This document shows, piece by piece, positions 1-9,525 of a stretch of 56,274 nt of DNA. Source of the stretch: a virus (lineage: Duplodnaviria > Caudoviricetes). A program made the position numbers and the translations under genes. The stretch covers positions 1 to 56,274 of IMG/VR virus record IMGVR_UViG_3300029258_003568; one strand, given 5' to 3'. The notes below the pieces were generated by a model, which worked only from the letters and a program-made list of their open reading frames with translations, searched no databases and was not told the DNA's origin. How positions within the stretch are numbered: position 1 is the stretch's first letter; every line of letters starts with the position of its first letter.

Positions 1-144
1 GTCGTAGAGCAGAGCGATGGCACTGATGTGTTCACTGTGGACGATAGTGGGAATATCGTTGTGGTTGGCACCGGTGACCTGCAGGGAAATCTCAGTGATA
101 GTGGTGGTACTCTGACCGTCGCAGATAACCTGATGGTCGACGGG
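1..144. repeat. Terminal overlap identical to 56131-56274 (assembly circularity)
   Basis: Exact 144-bp match read directly. Confidence 0.95.
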
Positions 145-1227
145 GCTGCCGATGCCGCACAGCTGACTGTCCAGGGCCATACGACTCAGACGAACAATAT
201 ACTTGTTGTAGAGCAGAGCGATGGCACAGACAAATTCTACATCACAGATGATGGTCAGGTTACGATTGCTGGTGTGCCTGACAGTGATGATCAGAATTAT
301 GATCACGTCCTTACTATCAGCTACGAGATGTCGGGGACTGGAACAAAAGACCGAACTTATGGTCTCTTGATTGAAGGTACTCGGGCCGCCGGTCAGGAGT
401 TGATATCTGGAGATCACGATGAGGCGGGACTGAAAATCAGAGTAGACACGGAGGCTACGCGGACGACCGCCGGCACGGTCCTTCGAGGAGCAGACATCGA
501 AGCGAAGGCCGACAATCCGGACGGGGAAGTCTACAACCTCTATGGTGCGGCTATCACTGCAAAGAGCGATACCGGTGCAGGTGAAGTGTCGGAGATGATC
601 GCGCTCCAGACGAATGTGCAAAACAACGCCACCGTGACTACAACGCTGATCTCGGCCGACTTTCGCAACATGCGCCAGGCAGCGACGGAGCCGACAAGTG
701 AGTATGTGGTTCGTGTTCGTAATTCGTCGACCAGTGGGAGCGGTGCGGACGCCGGGATCTATCTGAGCAGCGATTATGGTAGCAGTGCGACGACGGACAG
801 CTTCGATTACGGAATCGATTTCTCCGGTGCGGCACTCAATACTGCCGAGATCAAGGGGGAAAACGGAGAAACTATCGACAACGGGACGGACACTGCCTGG
901 ACGATCGGCGGTTTCACCTCATTCGAGGAGGCTTCGGTTATTGATCTATCGGCGGATTTCACTATCACGGCAACCACTACGTACCAGCCACTGACCGTCA
1001 GCGGCGCCGGTACCATCACCTCCAGCGCAACAACAGCGATAGCTGATGGCCCCACTGCCGGGGCACTGTTGATTCTAGTCAATGAGGATGATCAGGACAT
1101 CGTCCTACAGGACGGAGCTAATATCTTGGCTGGAGGAAATATTACTCTGACAGCAAATGCCGACGACGCGGCCGTCTTTATCTGGGATGGCGCCGACTGG
1201 GTGATGTTGGCCTTCCACGATAACTAG
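1..1227 (+). CDS. 3' part of a ~662-aa repeat-containing putative head fibre/decoration protein (starts at 55369)
   Basis: Frame continuous with the ORF starting at 55369; acidic, Thr/Gly/Asp-rich; directly follows the capsid gene. Confidence 0.7.
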   Translation, partial: VVEQSDGTDVFTVDDSGNIVVVGTGDLQGNLSDSGGTLTVADNLMVDGAADAAQLTVQGHTTQTNNILVVEQSDGTDKFYITDDGQVTIAGVPDSDDQNYDHVLTISYEMSGTGTKDRTYGLLIEGTRAAGQELISGDHDEAGLKIRVDTEATRTTAGTVLRGADIEAKADNPDGEVYNLYGAAITAKSDTGAGEVSEMIALQTNVQNNATVTTTLISADFRNMRQAATEPTSEYVVRVRNSSTSGSGADAGIYLSSDYGSSATTDSFDYGIDFSGAALNTAEIKGENGETIDNGTDTAWTIGGFTSFEEASVIDLSADFTITATTTYQPLTVSGAGTITSSATTAIADGPTAGALLILVNEDDQDIVLQDGANILAGGNITLTANADDAAVFIWDGADWVMLAFHDN

Positions 1228-1228
1228 C

Positions 1229-1795
1229 ATGAACATCTTTGCTTACTGCACACTGCCGGCGCGCGACGCCGTGCACAAGGCAACCGGTGTTGAACCGATC
1301 ACCTCGCCGCCGATGGTGGCGCATGAATTCGATCCGAAAGAACTTCAAGACCGGGATCTCATCTACATCCGGCTGCACGGTTTTGAGGATATAGGTGATA
1401 CGTGGTTCGGCGAGGACCTGCGCGGGCCGAGGCTGCCGGCGTCGCTTCGAGCGGCAGCCATAAAGCCCTGGCCGGCATTAACGAGAGAGCACCTGAATGG
1501 GATCGATTTGGGCGGGGCTGCCGTCGTGCTGGCCAATTGCCACGGCGCGACCAGCCCAATGGTGCCGGCGCTCTATCGTGCCGGAGCCCAGGCGGTGGTC
1601 GCCGGGCCGGGTCCGAATCTGGCGGCAGGCGATCAGGTGGTCGGCACCGATACGCTGGTACGATGGATCATCCTCGCAGTGAGGTGCGGCCTTAGTATCC
1701 GCCGTGCAGTGCGGGTGGCAAAGATCCGGCTTGCGACAACTGCCTGGCGCGTCTCGGACCGGGATGCGCTGGGATTCAAAATCATGGAGGTTTGA
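1229..1795 (+). CDS. CHAT/caspase-like (clan CD) peptidase-like protein
   Basis: DLIYIRLHG (His-Gly), AVVLANCHG (Cys) and LYRAGAQAVVA match the CHAT-domain motif order. Confidence 0.6.
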   Translation: MNIFAYCTLPARDAVHKATGVEPITSPPMVAHEFDPKELQDRDLIYIRLHGFEDIGDTWFGEDLRGPRLPASLRAAAIKPWPALTREHLNGIDLGGAAVVLANCHGATSPMVPALYRAGAQAVVAGPGPNLAAGDQVVGTDTLVRWIILAVRCGLSIRRAVRVAKIRLATTAWRVSDRDALGFKIMEV

Positions 1796-1797
1796 TC

Positions 1798-2133
1798 ATG
1801 AACGAACGGTATATCGCATTTACCTTCCACGTTGGCGGCACATTGTCCGCCGATCAGACGTTTTACTGCGAGCTGCCAGTGCCCTGGACGCTTCTGGGCA
1901 TCAAGGCGGCGGCATCGAACGACAGTGACGCTACGCTGGCTGCATCCGGTGGTGCGACCATCTCGGCCACGGTCATCGGCGACAGCGGTGATCCCGCCTA
2001 CATCGAGCCCAGCAGCCCTGCGGCGATCGATGCCGATGAGCTGGTGACGCTGACGCTGGATCACGACGGTAGCACTGGCACGGCAGCGGATGACGTGTCG
2101 GTCATCGTCATCGGCCTCGTCGGTGACGGTTAA
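1798..2133 (+). CDS. Small acidic virion-associated protein
   Basis: GGAGG RBS; beta-rich acidic ORF in the head module. Confidence 0.6.
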   Translation: MNERYIAFTFHVGGTLSADQTFYCELPVPWTLLGIKAAASNDSDATLAASGGATISATVIGDSGDPAYIEPSSPAAIDADELVTLTLDHDGSTGTAADDVSVIVIGLVGDG

Positions 2134-2155
2134 AATTGGCCTCCCCCCTTAAGGC

Positions 2156-2192
2156 CAGGTGCCCGGCGCTTTGAAAAGCGTCCGGGCACCTG
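2156..2192 (+). terminator. Intergenic stem-loop (terminator or mRNA stability hairpin)
   Basis: caggtgcccgg-cgcttt...aaagcg-ccgggcacctg inverted repeat; no U-tract on + strand. Confidence 0.4.
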
Positions 2193-2210
2193 AAAAACCA
2201 GGGAGTGTTG

Positions 2211-2555
2211 ATGAAGGAGAGAATTTTAGCAGCGGCCTGCCGGCATCTGGATGTAGATGTGAATGACGTGCTGTCGTGGCGTGTCTACGACGATCGCGTC
2301 GTCATGATCGTTAATCGGGGCATCGCAGGTTGTCCCAAATACGAGGTCCCGCTGGCGCAGATCGAGACTCCTACACGTGGCAAGGTCTCCCATGAGGGGA
2401 TAAAAGTTTTGCTCGAGACGGGCCGGCTGCCGGTCGATGCCACGTCCTCTGCCCGGCGATTGGCGGAGGAGAAGGGGATCGATCTGACCGGGATCGAGGG
2501 CTCGGGCAAGGATGGCCGCATTACGATCGGGGATGTGAGGAGTGCACTATGTTGA
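2211..2555 (+). CDS. Protein with C-terminal E3-binding (peripheral subunit-binding) domain
   Basis: ATSSARRLAEEKGIDLTGIEGSGKDGRITIGDV matches the PSBD of 2-oxoacid dehydrogenase E2. Confidence 0.8.
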   Translation: MKERILAAACRHLDVDVNDVLSWRVYDDRVVMIVNRGIAGCPKYEVPLAQIETPTRGKVSHEGIKVLLETGRLPVDATSSARRLAEEKGIDLTGIEGSGKDGRITIGDVRSALC

Positions 2556-2824
2556 TAGCGGCTCATGCAGATGTAACTGAGGACGGCGCGGTAAAATCGG
2601 GGACGGGGGATCTTGTCGGTGTGCTGCTGACGGCCGGGAGCGCGGCTGCGACATTGATTCTCTATGATAACGCAAGTGAGGCCAGTGGTACGGTTTTGGC
2701 GTCGCTCAAGGCGGGGGCGAATACGATTGCATCATGGACGCCCGTGTTGCCGTATCCATTTGCAAACGGATGCTATGCCGACATCGGTGGCACCGGCGCA
2801 GAAGCGACCGTGGTTTATTTGTAG
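2549..2824 (+). CDS. Small virion-associated hypothetical protein
   Basis: Coupled ORF in the head module. Confidence 0.6.
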   Translation: MLIAAHADVTEDGAVKSGTGDLVGVLLTAGSAAATLILYDNASEASGTVLASLKAGANTIASWTPVLPYPFANGCYADIGGTGAEATVVYL

Positions 2825-2838
2825 ACCTGGAGGATAAC

Positions 2839-3432
2839 ATGCAGGGAATAATCGGAGCGAACGGCAAGTTGAAGATCAGACACATCCGGGCGCCGGGACC
2901 CGGGTTGCTGTGGAAATTGAGGAATTTTCCGAACGTGTGGCGGGGGGTGTGGCGCTTTGGCCTGGCGCAGTTGTTGGGCCTGCCGCATCTTGAGGGCCGG
3001 CTGTACATCCGGCATATTCTGGCCGGTGGCAAAGTGGTCAGTTATGGATTGGTCAGTACGCGCGTGGTCACGACCGCGTTCGTGAATTTTGTCGTTGACC
3101 AGCTTCAGACGGAGACGTCTGAGTTTGGCGATTTCAAATATCACGACAGCGGTGTTGGAACCACAGCTGCGGCCGTGGGTGACACGGACATCGAAACCAC
3201 CGACGAGGAGTCGCGTGCGACCGGCACGCAGACCGAAGGCGCGAGCGCGAACATTTACAAAAGCGTGGGAACAATCTCGTACACCACGACAAAGGCGATC
3301 ACCGAGCACGGTTTGTTCAGCCAGTCATCTGGCACAACGCTGATGGATCGTCATGTATTCAGCGCCATCAACGTCGTTAATGGCGATTCGATCGAGTTCA
3401 CTTATGAGCTGACAGTTTCTGCTGGCGGATAA
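2839..3432 (+). CDS. Putative fibre-anchor/structural protein
   Basis: GGAGG RBS; Thr-rich beta protein (AITEHGLFSQSSGTTLMDRHVF) preceding the long fibre gene. Confidence 0.55.
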   Translation: MQGIIGANGKLKIRHIRAPGPGLLWKLRNFPNVWRGVWRFGLAQLLGLPHLEGRLYIRHILAGGKVVSYGLVSTRVVTTAFVNFVVDQLQTETSEFGDFKYHDSGVGTTAAAVGDTDIETTDEESRATGTQTEGASANIYKSVGTISYTTTKAITEHGLFSQSSGTTLMDRHVFSAINVVNGDSIEFTYELTVSAGG

Positions 3433-3446
3433 TGATATATTGACAA

Positions 3447-6173
3447 ATGATTCCAACGACCCGGACCGAAATCAGTCATTCAACTGATGGAGCATGGACT
3501 GACGTCGATGTCAGCTCATACGTGGACGCCGGCAATACGGCCGGCGTTGTTCTGGAGATTGTGAACTCCACAGGTTCAGAGTACACCTGGGGTGTTCGCA
3601 AGAATGGCTCGACGGACGCATTGACCGGTGTTATCGAGGATACGGGTCATACCTGGGCGGCGGTCGGGGTGGACAGCAACGACGTTTTTGAGTTGTACTT
3701 GTCGGATGCGTCCGAGGTAGACGTCTACATTGTGGCGTACATCAGAGATAACGAGGGTGCATTTCTGACGAATGCAGCGTCGAAGACGCTCTCCAGCGCG
3801 TACACCTGGGAAGACATCGACATCAGCTCCGACACAGGTGACGACGCGGCTGTCTGCTCGTTCTGGCTGTGTTATACCAGCGGGACGGGCATGCGCCGCA
3901 CCGGGCTGAGGGAGAACGGCTCGACGGATGACCATTGGGGACGGCAATTTGGTGGTGATCTGCGTGGCTATATGATGTCGTGTGACAACAACGAGGTCGT
4001 AGAGGCGTACGTCGACGATACGGCGAATGTTACATACTATCTGTTGGGCTGGTTGACCGGAAACTTTACTTCATTCACCGACGCGAAGGATTACTCGACC
4101 AGCACCACCGGGAGCTGGGTCGATGTTGATTTCAGTGATGACATTCCATCTGGCAAGAACGGCGCCTTCTTCCATCTCCATGAACAGAATGTGGAGTATG
4201 CCGGTGGCATAAGGAAGAATGGTCTGGCGTATGACAACTACTACGACGTGTCGGAGCACCAATTTGGGTGGGTGGAGATCGATACCGATCGAGTCGCCGA
4301 ACAAAAGATAGAAAATGCGGGATTGGACTTGTTTTTGTGGGGTTACTCCTCCGGGGTGCAGCAGTATGACCAGAGTGTAGCAGGCGCGTTGAGCCCAGCG
4401 GGGACATTAGTTGGCCAGGCGAAGAAGGTTCTGGGTGGGACACTGAGCAGCGCGGGGACGATAGCACGCAAGACGGCAGCCCACCTGGCGGGGGTGTTGA
4501 GCAGCGCCGGGTCGATCGTCAAGGGAGTAACACGGACGCTGGCCGGGGCAGTGACTCCGGCGGGGACGCTGGCGGCAGCACGCACGGCCTACGCCAGCTT
4601 GGCCGGGGCGGTGACCTCAGCGGGGACATTAGTTGGCCAGGCAAAGAAGGTTCTGGGCGGGACACTGAGCAGCGCGGGGGCGATAACGCGCAAGACGGCG
4701 GCCCACCTGGCGGGGGTGTTGAGCAGCGCCGGGTCAGTTGTCAAGAGTGTGGCGCGGTCGCTGGTCGGGGCGGTGACCTCGGCGGGGACATTAGTTGGCC
4801 AGGCAAGGAAGGCACTGGGCGGGACACTGAGCAGCGCGGGGGCGATAACGCGCGAGACGGCGGCCCACCTGGCGGGAGTGTTGAGCAGCGCCGGGTCAGT
4901 CGTCAAGGGAGTAGCGCGGACGCTGGCTGGAACGTTGACCTCGGCGGGGACATTAGTTGGCCAAGCGAAGAAGGCACTGGGCGGGACACTGAGCAGCGCC
5001 GGGACGATAGCGCGCAAGACGGCGGCCCACCTGGCAGGGGTATTGAGCAGCGCCGGGTCGGTTGTCAAGGGAGTAGTGCGGACGCTGGCCGGGGCTGTGA
5101 CCTCGGCGGGGACACTGGCCGGCCAGGCGAAAAAGGTTCTGGGCGGGACACTGAACAGCGCGGGGACGATAGCACGCAAGACGGCAGCCCACCTGGCGGG
5201 GGTGTTGAGCAGCGCCGGGTCAGTTGTCAAGAGTGTGGCACGGTCGCTGGCCGGGGTGGTGACCTCAGCGGGGATGCTGACGACGGCACGTATGGCCTAC
5301 GCCAGCCTGACCGGGGTGGTGACCTCGGCGGGGACGCTGGCCGGCCAGGCGAAGAAGGCACTAGGCGGGACACTGACCAGCGCGGGGGCGATAACGCGCA
5401 AGACGGCGGCCCACCTGGCGGGGGTGTTGAGCAACGCCGGGTCAATCGTCAGGGGAGTGGCGCGGTCGCTGGCCGGGGCGGTGACCTCGGCGGGGACGCT
5501 GGCCGGCCAGGCGAAGAAGGCACTAGGCGGGACACTGACCAGCGCCGGGACGATAGCGCGCAAGACGGCGGCCCACCTGGCGGGGGTGTTGAGCAGTGCC
5601 GGGTCAGTCGTCAAGGGAGTGGCGCGGTCGCTGGCCGGGGCGGTGACCTCGGCGGGGACGCTGGCCGGCCAGGCAAAGAAGGCACTGGGCGGGACACTGA
5701 CCAGCGCCGGGACGATAGCGCGCAAGACGGCGGCCCACCTGGCGGGGGTGTTGAGCATCGCCGGGTCGGTTGTCAAGGGGGTAGCGCGGACGCTGGCCGG
5801 GGCGGTGACCTCGGCGGGGGCGCTGGTACGCCAGACGGCGCGGACACTGGCGGGGGCGGTGACCTCAGCGGGAGCGCTGGCACGCCAGACGGCGCGGACA
5901 CTGGCGGGGGTGGTGACCTCGGCGGGGGCGCTGGCACGCCAGACGGCGCGGACACTGGCGGGAGCGGTGACCTCAGCGGGGACGCTGGCACGCCAGACGG
6001 CGCGGACACTGGCGGGAGCGGTGAGCCTGGTGGGGGTGCTGAGTACAGTACATCGCGTCGTTGTGGGGCTGACGTTGAAGGTTCGTGATCTAGGGCTTTC
6101 GCTGAAGGAGCGTATTTTGGCACAAACGCTCAAAGTCCGCTCACGGTCGTTTACACTGAAGGATAGGGGATGA
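3447..6173 (+). CDS. Long repeat-containing fibre protein (908 aa)
   Basis: Three acidic ~100-aa N-terminal repeats (W-x-D-V/I-D motif) followed by ~31 basic 18-aa repeats. Confidence 0.7.
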   Translation: MIPTTRTEISHSTDGAWTDVDVSSYVDAGNTAGVVLEIVNSTGSEYTWGVRKNGSTDALTGVIEDTGHTWAAVGVDSNDVFELYLSDASEVDVYIVAYIRDNEGAFLTNAASKTLSSAYTWEDIDISSDTGDDAAVCSFWLCYTSGTGMRRTGLRENGSTDDHWGRQFGGDLRGYMMSCDNNEVVEAYVDDTANVTYYLLGWLTGNFTSFTDAKDYSTSTTGSWVDVDFSDDIPSGKNGAFFHLHEQNVEYAGGIRKNGLAYDNYYDVSEHQFGWVEIDTDRVAEQKIENAGLDLFLWGYSSGVQQYDQSVAGALSPAGTLVGQAKKVLGGTLSSAGTIARKTAAHLAGVLSSAGSIVKGVTRTLAGAVTPAGTLAAARTAYASLAGAVTSAGTLVGQAKKVLGGTLSSAGAITRKTAAHLAGVLSSAGSVVKSVARSLVGAVTSAGTLVGQARKALGGTLSSAGAITRETAAHLAGVLSSAGSVVKGVARTLAGTLTSAGTLVGQAKKALGGTLSSAGTIARKTAAHLAGVLSSAGSVVKGVVRTLAGAVTSAGTLAGQAKKVLGGTLNSAGTIARKTAAHLAGVLSSAGSVVKSVARSLAGVVTSAGMLTTARMAYASLTGVVTSAGTLAGQAKKALGGTLTSAGAITRKTAAHLAGVLSNAGSIVRGVARSLAGAVTSAGTLAGQAKKALGGTLTSAGTIARKTAAHLAGVLSSAGSVVKGVARSLAGAVTSAGTLAGQAKKALGGTLTSAGTIARKTAAHLAGVLSIAGSVVKGVARTLAGAVTSAGALVRQTARTLAGAVTSAGALARQTARTLAGVVTSAGALARQTARTLAGAVTSAGTLARQTARTLAGAVSLVGVLSTVHRVVVGLTLKVRDLGLSLKERILAQTLKVRSRSFTLKDRG
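4377..6062 (+). repeat. Coding tandem repeat, 54-bp units arranged in 162-bp higher-order units
   Basis: LAGAVTSAGTLAGQAKKA / LGGTLTSAGTIARKTAAH / LAGVLSSAGSVVKGVARS cycles. Confidence 0.9.
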
Positions 6174-6484
6174 CAGAATCCATTCGAGAGGTTGCCGAGG
6201 GCGTCAAGGTGCAGGGCGCTAACGAAAGGATCACATATGCCATCACGACGACTAACTGTGCGTCGGATCCGTCCAGCCCGTCGATGATCGTCGAGCGGAT
6301 GAGTGATGGCACAGATGTGACCGATGATGTCGTCACCGGTGACATTTCGGCGAACGGCGATGTCATCACACTCAAGGCTATCTCCGGATTAACGGCCGGT
6401 GAGCGATACAAGGTCAAAGTGCAATTCACGGCCACTGGCTTTGCACCGGCGGAATGTTTTTTCTACATCGATTGTGAGGCGTAA
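6170..6484 (+). CDS. Small Ig-like structural protein
   Basis: Translationally coupled to the fibre gene; beta-sandwich-like pattern. Confidence 0.55.
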   Translation: MTESIREVAEGVKVQGANERITYAITTTNCASDPSSPSMIVERMSDGTDVTDDVVTGDISANGDVITLKAISGLTAGERYKVKVQFTATGFAPAECFFYIDCEA

Positions 6485-6486
6485 AG

Positions 6487-7227
6487 ATGTCGACAGCGAT
6501 CAACACATTCCGGGCACAGACAGATCATCTCATCGGCGACGTGGACGAGGGCGAGCTGAGCCGGGACGCCAAGGATGGCCGCGTCAAGGCGGCCGTCGAG
6601 CGATACAGCCAGGACGCGCCGGACACGCGCACCGATGATGTATCCGGCGATGGGGGGCGATATTATGGGATCGCCGCCAGTTTGAGCGGCTGGGTCGAGG
6701 GATTCAGCCGGATCGTCAAGATCGAGTATCCGGCCGCCGACATTAGCGCGGATGAGACGCCAACGTACCTCGAGTCGGAAGATTGGCGGGACGATTATTG
6801 GAAGTCCGAGTCCGGCACACAGACGAGGTACCTCTATCTGCCGGCTCACTCGCCGGCAGCTACGGAGACGATGCGGATCACATATACTGTGCCGTACACG
6901 TGGAGCAGTTCGCCGGAAGCCACGGATACGCCGGCACAGGATTTCTTTGCTATCTGCCACCTGGCAGCCTCACTTTGCTGCCGGGCTTTGGCCGCGCGAT
7001 ACGCGCAGCTCGGCGATAGCACACTGGGCGCGGATGCGACGGCGCATACAACCAAAAGCTCGGAATATGCCAACCGCGCCAAAGAGTACATGACGATGTA
7101 TGAGAAGCATATGGGCCTGGGCCAGGAGGCCGATGCGCGGGCTGCTGGCGATTTTGTCGACTGGGATACGATGCCGGGGTGGCCCGGCGGTCGACAATTC
7201 ATTTTCCACGGGAAAGAGATCAGGTGA
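6487..7227 (+). CDS. Head-tail adaptor (neck) protein
   Basis: Position after the head module; typical size and C-terminal helices. Confidence 0.6.
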   Translation: MSTAINTFRAQTDHLIGDVDEGELSRDAKDGRVKAAVERYSQDAPDTRTDDVSGDGGRYYGIAASLSGWVEGFSRIVKIEYPAADISADETPTYLESEDWRDDYWKSESGTQTRYLYLPAHSPAATETMRITYTVPYTWSSSPEATDTPAQDFFAICHLAASLCCRALAARYAQLGDSTLGADATAHTTKSSEYANRAKEYMTMYEKHMGLGQEADARAAGDFVDWDTMPGWPGGRQFIFHGKEIR

Positions 7228-7232
7228 GTGCG

Positions 7233-7248
7233 TATTTCCCGGGAAATA
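7233..7248. promoter_or_regulatory. NBS/parS-like palindrome copy 1, TATTTCCCGGGAAATA
   Basis: Perfect 16-bp palindrome; intergenic if the next gene starts at GTG 7269. Confidence 0.8.
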
Positions 7249-7268
7249 AATATTCAGGAGGAACGCTT

Positions 7269-7814
7269 GTGGGCGGTGAATTCGAGCTTAGAATCGATTT
7301 CGACGACATTATGAGGCAGGCCGCTGCGTTCGATGCCGCGCCCGAGGTCGTGGCCGACGAGATGATGGCAGCCATGCAGGCCAGCCTGGACGTCATCGAA
7401 GCGGAGGTCGTCGTTCGCACGCCGGCAGTGATCGGCGTGTTGCGAGGCGGGATTGCGGACGAGATCCACGGCGACCCGCCGGATTTTTACGGAGAGGTCA
7501 TCGCCGGCGGACCGGGAGCGATTTATGGCTGGCCGGTCGAGCGCGGCCGGGCGGCAGGCAGGATGCCACCGCTGGACAATATCGAGTACTGGGTCAAGCG
7601 CAAAAAGTTGGATTGGAAGGATGGCCAGGGGCAGCAGATGAGCTCGCGGCGGATGGCATACATCATTGCCGTGGCCATCAGTCGGGGCCAAACGCGCCAC
7701 CAGAAAAAGGGCGGGGCAAAGATGTTCGAGGAGGGCCTGCGGTCGGCTGGGCCTCACGTCGAACGATTGTGGGAAGGTGCGGTGGAGGCCATCGCGGGGA
7801 GGATGACCGTATGA
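7269..7814 (+). CDS. HK97 gp10-like tail-completion protein
   Basis: AGGAGG then GTG; RTP..G.LR, YGWPVERGR and C-terminal K.MFE motifs. Confidence 0.65.
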   Translation: MGGEFELRIDFDDIMRQAAAFDAAPEVVADEMMAAMQASLDVIEAEVVVRTPAVIGVLRGGIADEIHGDPPDFYGEVIAGGPGAIYGWPVERGRAAGRMPPLDNIEYWVKRKKLDWKDGQGQQMSSRRMAYIIAVAISRGQTRHQKKGGAKMFEEGLRSAGPHVERLWEGAVEAIAGRMTV

Positions 7815-8278
7815 GTGAGGCGACCGCCAGGGCTGATATTTACAGCATTGTCTCGGGGGTGAGCAGCATCGGCCGGGTCCACGACTATGAGCGATGGGCC
7901 GTCAGATGGGCCGATCATTTGGATCTGTTCAAGACAACGATCGACGGTCAACAGCAGATCCGTGGATGGACGATTTCGTGCCGCTCTATGCCGCAAGGGC
8001 GGTTGGAATTTAGCGGTGCGAAATTGCGCACGTACACATATAAAATCCGGGGATATTTCGGGCTGGACGACGGTTCGGCCTCGGAGAAAACTGCCGTCGC
8101 GCTGGCGGAGGACGTTGTCGAAGCGTTGGACGCCAGCGATACATTGCACGACGGCGGATCGTACTATGATGCGCTGCCGGCCAGCATGGATGTGTTCGAG
8201 CCGCGCCTGTTTGGCGGTGTGCTCTGTCACTATGTCGAGATTTCGCAGGTTGTCCAGGAGGTCATGGATGGAACATGA
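7811..8278 (+). CDS. Tail terminator-like protein
   Basis: Position and size; coupled start. Confidence 0.55.
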   Translation: MSEATARADIYSIVSGVSSIGRVHDYERWAVRWADHLDLFKTTIDGQQQIRGWTISCRSMPQGRLEFSGAKLRTYTYKIRGYFGLDDGSASEKTAVALAEDVVEALDASDTLHDGGSYYDALPASMDVFEPRLFGGVLCHYVEISQVVQEVMDGT

Positions 8279-8468
8279 AGGATGCTATGTCAAACTAGCC
8301 GACGACCCGGCGTTCTGGCTCGTCCAGGACGGAATGCGCCTAATCGTTGCGTCGCCGGAGGAGATGTACCGGCATGGTCTGCGGCCTGTACATTGCGTGA
8401 CGGCTGAGGAGCTGGAGGCGATCCCGGTTGCGTCGGTGCTCGGTCCCACCACGGTCGACGAGGAGTGA
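8268..8468 (+). CDS. Small hypothetical protein
   Basis: AGGAGG RBS; MEHEGCYVKLADDPAFWLV... Confidence 0.5.
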   Translation: MEHEGCYVKLADDPAFWLVQDGMRLIVASPEEMYRHGLRPVHCVTAEELEAIPVASVLGPTTVDEE

Positions 8469-8469
8469 G

Positions 8470-9525
8470 ATGCGGATCTTGCTCGTTTATCCGGGCCATG
8501 CGTACTGTACGTTCGACGTGGCGCATGGCTACGAGTGCGCATTGCGCGCCTGCGGCCACCAGGTGCGGGCATTCAACTACCACAGCCACCTGAGTTTTTA
8601 CCAGGAGGCGATCAGCCACTGGGAGAAGCGAAATCCCGATTTTCGGCCACCTGACAACGCTTACCTGGTGCTGGCCAGCGAACGGGTGGCCATCGAGGCG
8701 GTGGATTTTGTGCCGGATGTGGTTCTCATAGTTACCGGCATGGCTCTCCACCGCCGGGCATTCGAGTTGTTGTACCGGTTGAACCTGCCGCTTGTCCTGC
8801 TGTTGACCGAGTCGCCATATTTAGACAGGCAGCAGGCAGTCATCGCCGAAAAAGGACATGTTGTGTTGGTCTTGGCGAACGATAAGGCCAGTGTCGTCCC
8901 GCTGCGCGAAGCAGCGGGCGTGCGGACGGAGTATCTGCCGCATAGTTTCGACTCGGCGCGACATTATCCGATGGATGTGGGTCCGGAATATCGGACGGAC
9001 GTCTTCTTCCACGGCACGCTCTGGCCGGAGCGGCGTGTCATGCTGGAATCGCTTCGATGCAACGGCCACCGGGTGCGCATCAGCGGTATAGATCCACACA
9101 TCATCGATCTCGATGATGTCGATGAGGTGCTGAAAAATCAGGTGGATAATGTCGAATTGGTGCGATGGTACAACGGCACCCGGATCGCGCTAAATCATCA
9201 CCGGACGTTCATCGGTGTGACGGAGCAGGGGGAGGAAAAACACATTTCTCATGCAGCCTGGAGCCTGGGGCCACGGGCGTACGAGATCGCCGCGTGTGGT
9301 GTGTTTCAGCTGTGCGACGATACACGGCCGGAGCTGGAAGTTTTTGGCGATACCGTGGCCACGTATCGCGATGCCAAAGACCTGCAGGCCAAGGTGGATT
9401 ATTACCTGGCTCACGATGACGAGAGGGAAGAGATGGGATGGGCCGCGTACGATCGAGTGCAGGCGTGCTCATTCGACGATCGGGCTGAACAAATTCTCAT
9501 TCCATTATTAAAGGAGGTTTTGTAG
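8470..9525 (+). CDS. Glycosyltransferase, GT-B fold (CgeB-like)
   Basis: MRILLVYPG N-terminus; DVFFHGT, RIALNHHR, PRAYEIAACG and C-terminal YYLAHDDEREEMG motifs. Confidence 0.8.
   Translation: MRILLVYPGHAYCTFDVAHGYECALRACGHQVRAFNYHSHLSFYQEAISHWEKRNPDFRPPDNAYLVLASERVAIEAVDFVPDVVLIVTGMALHRRAFELLYRLNLPLVLLLTESPYLDRQQAVIAEKGHVVLVLANDKASVVPLREAAGVRTEYLPHSFDSARHYPMDVGPEYRTDVFFHGTLWPERRVMLESLRCNGHRVRISGIDPHIIDLDDVDEVLKNQVDNVELVRWYNGTRIALNHHRTFIGVTEQGEEKHISHAAWSLGPRAYEIAACGVFQLCDDTRPELEVFGDTVATYRDAKDLQAKVDYYLAHDDEREEMGWAAYDRVQACSFDDRAEQILIPLLKEVL

Noticed and set aside
4377-6062. Regular repeats as a CRISPR-like or non-coding array
   Set aside because: Units are multiples of 3, in frame, vary mostly at third codon positions and have no unique spacers
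7201-7216. ATTTTCCACGGGAAAG as a fifth palindrome copy
   Set aside because: An extra base breaks the symmetry and it lies in coding sequence; at most a weak site
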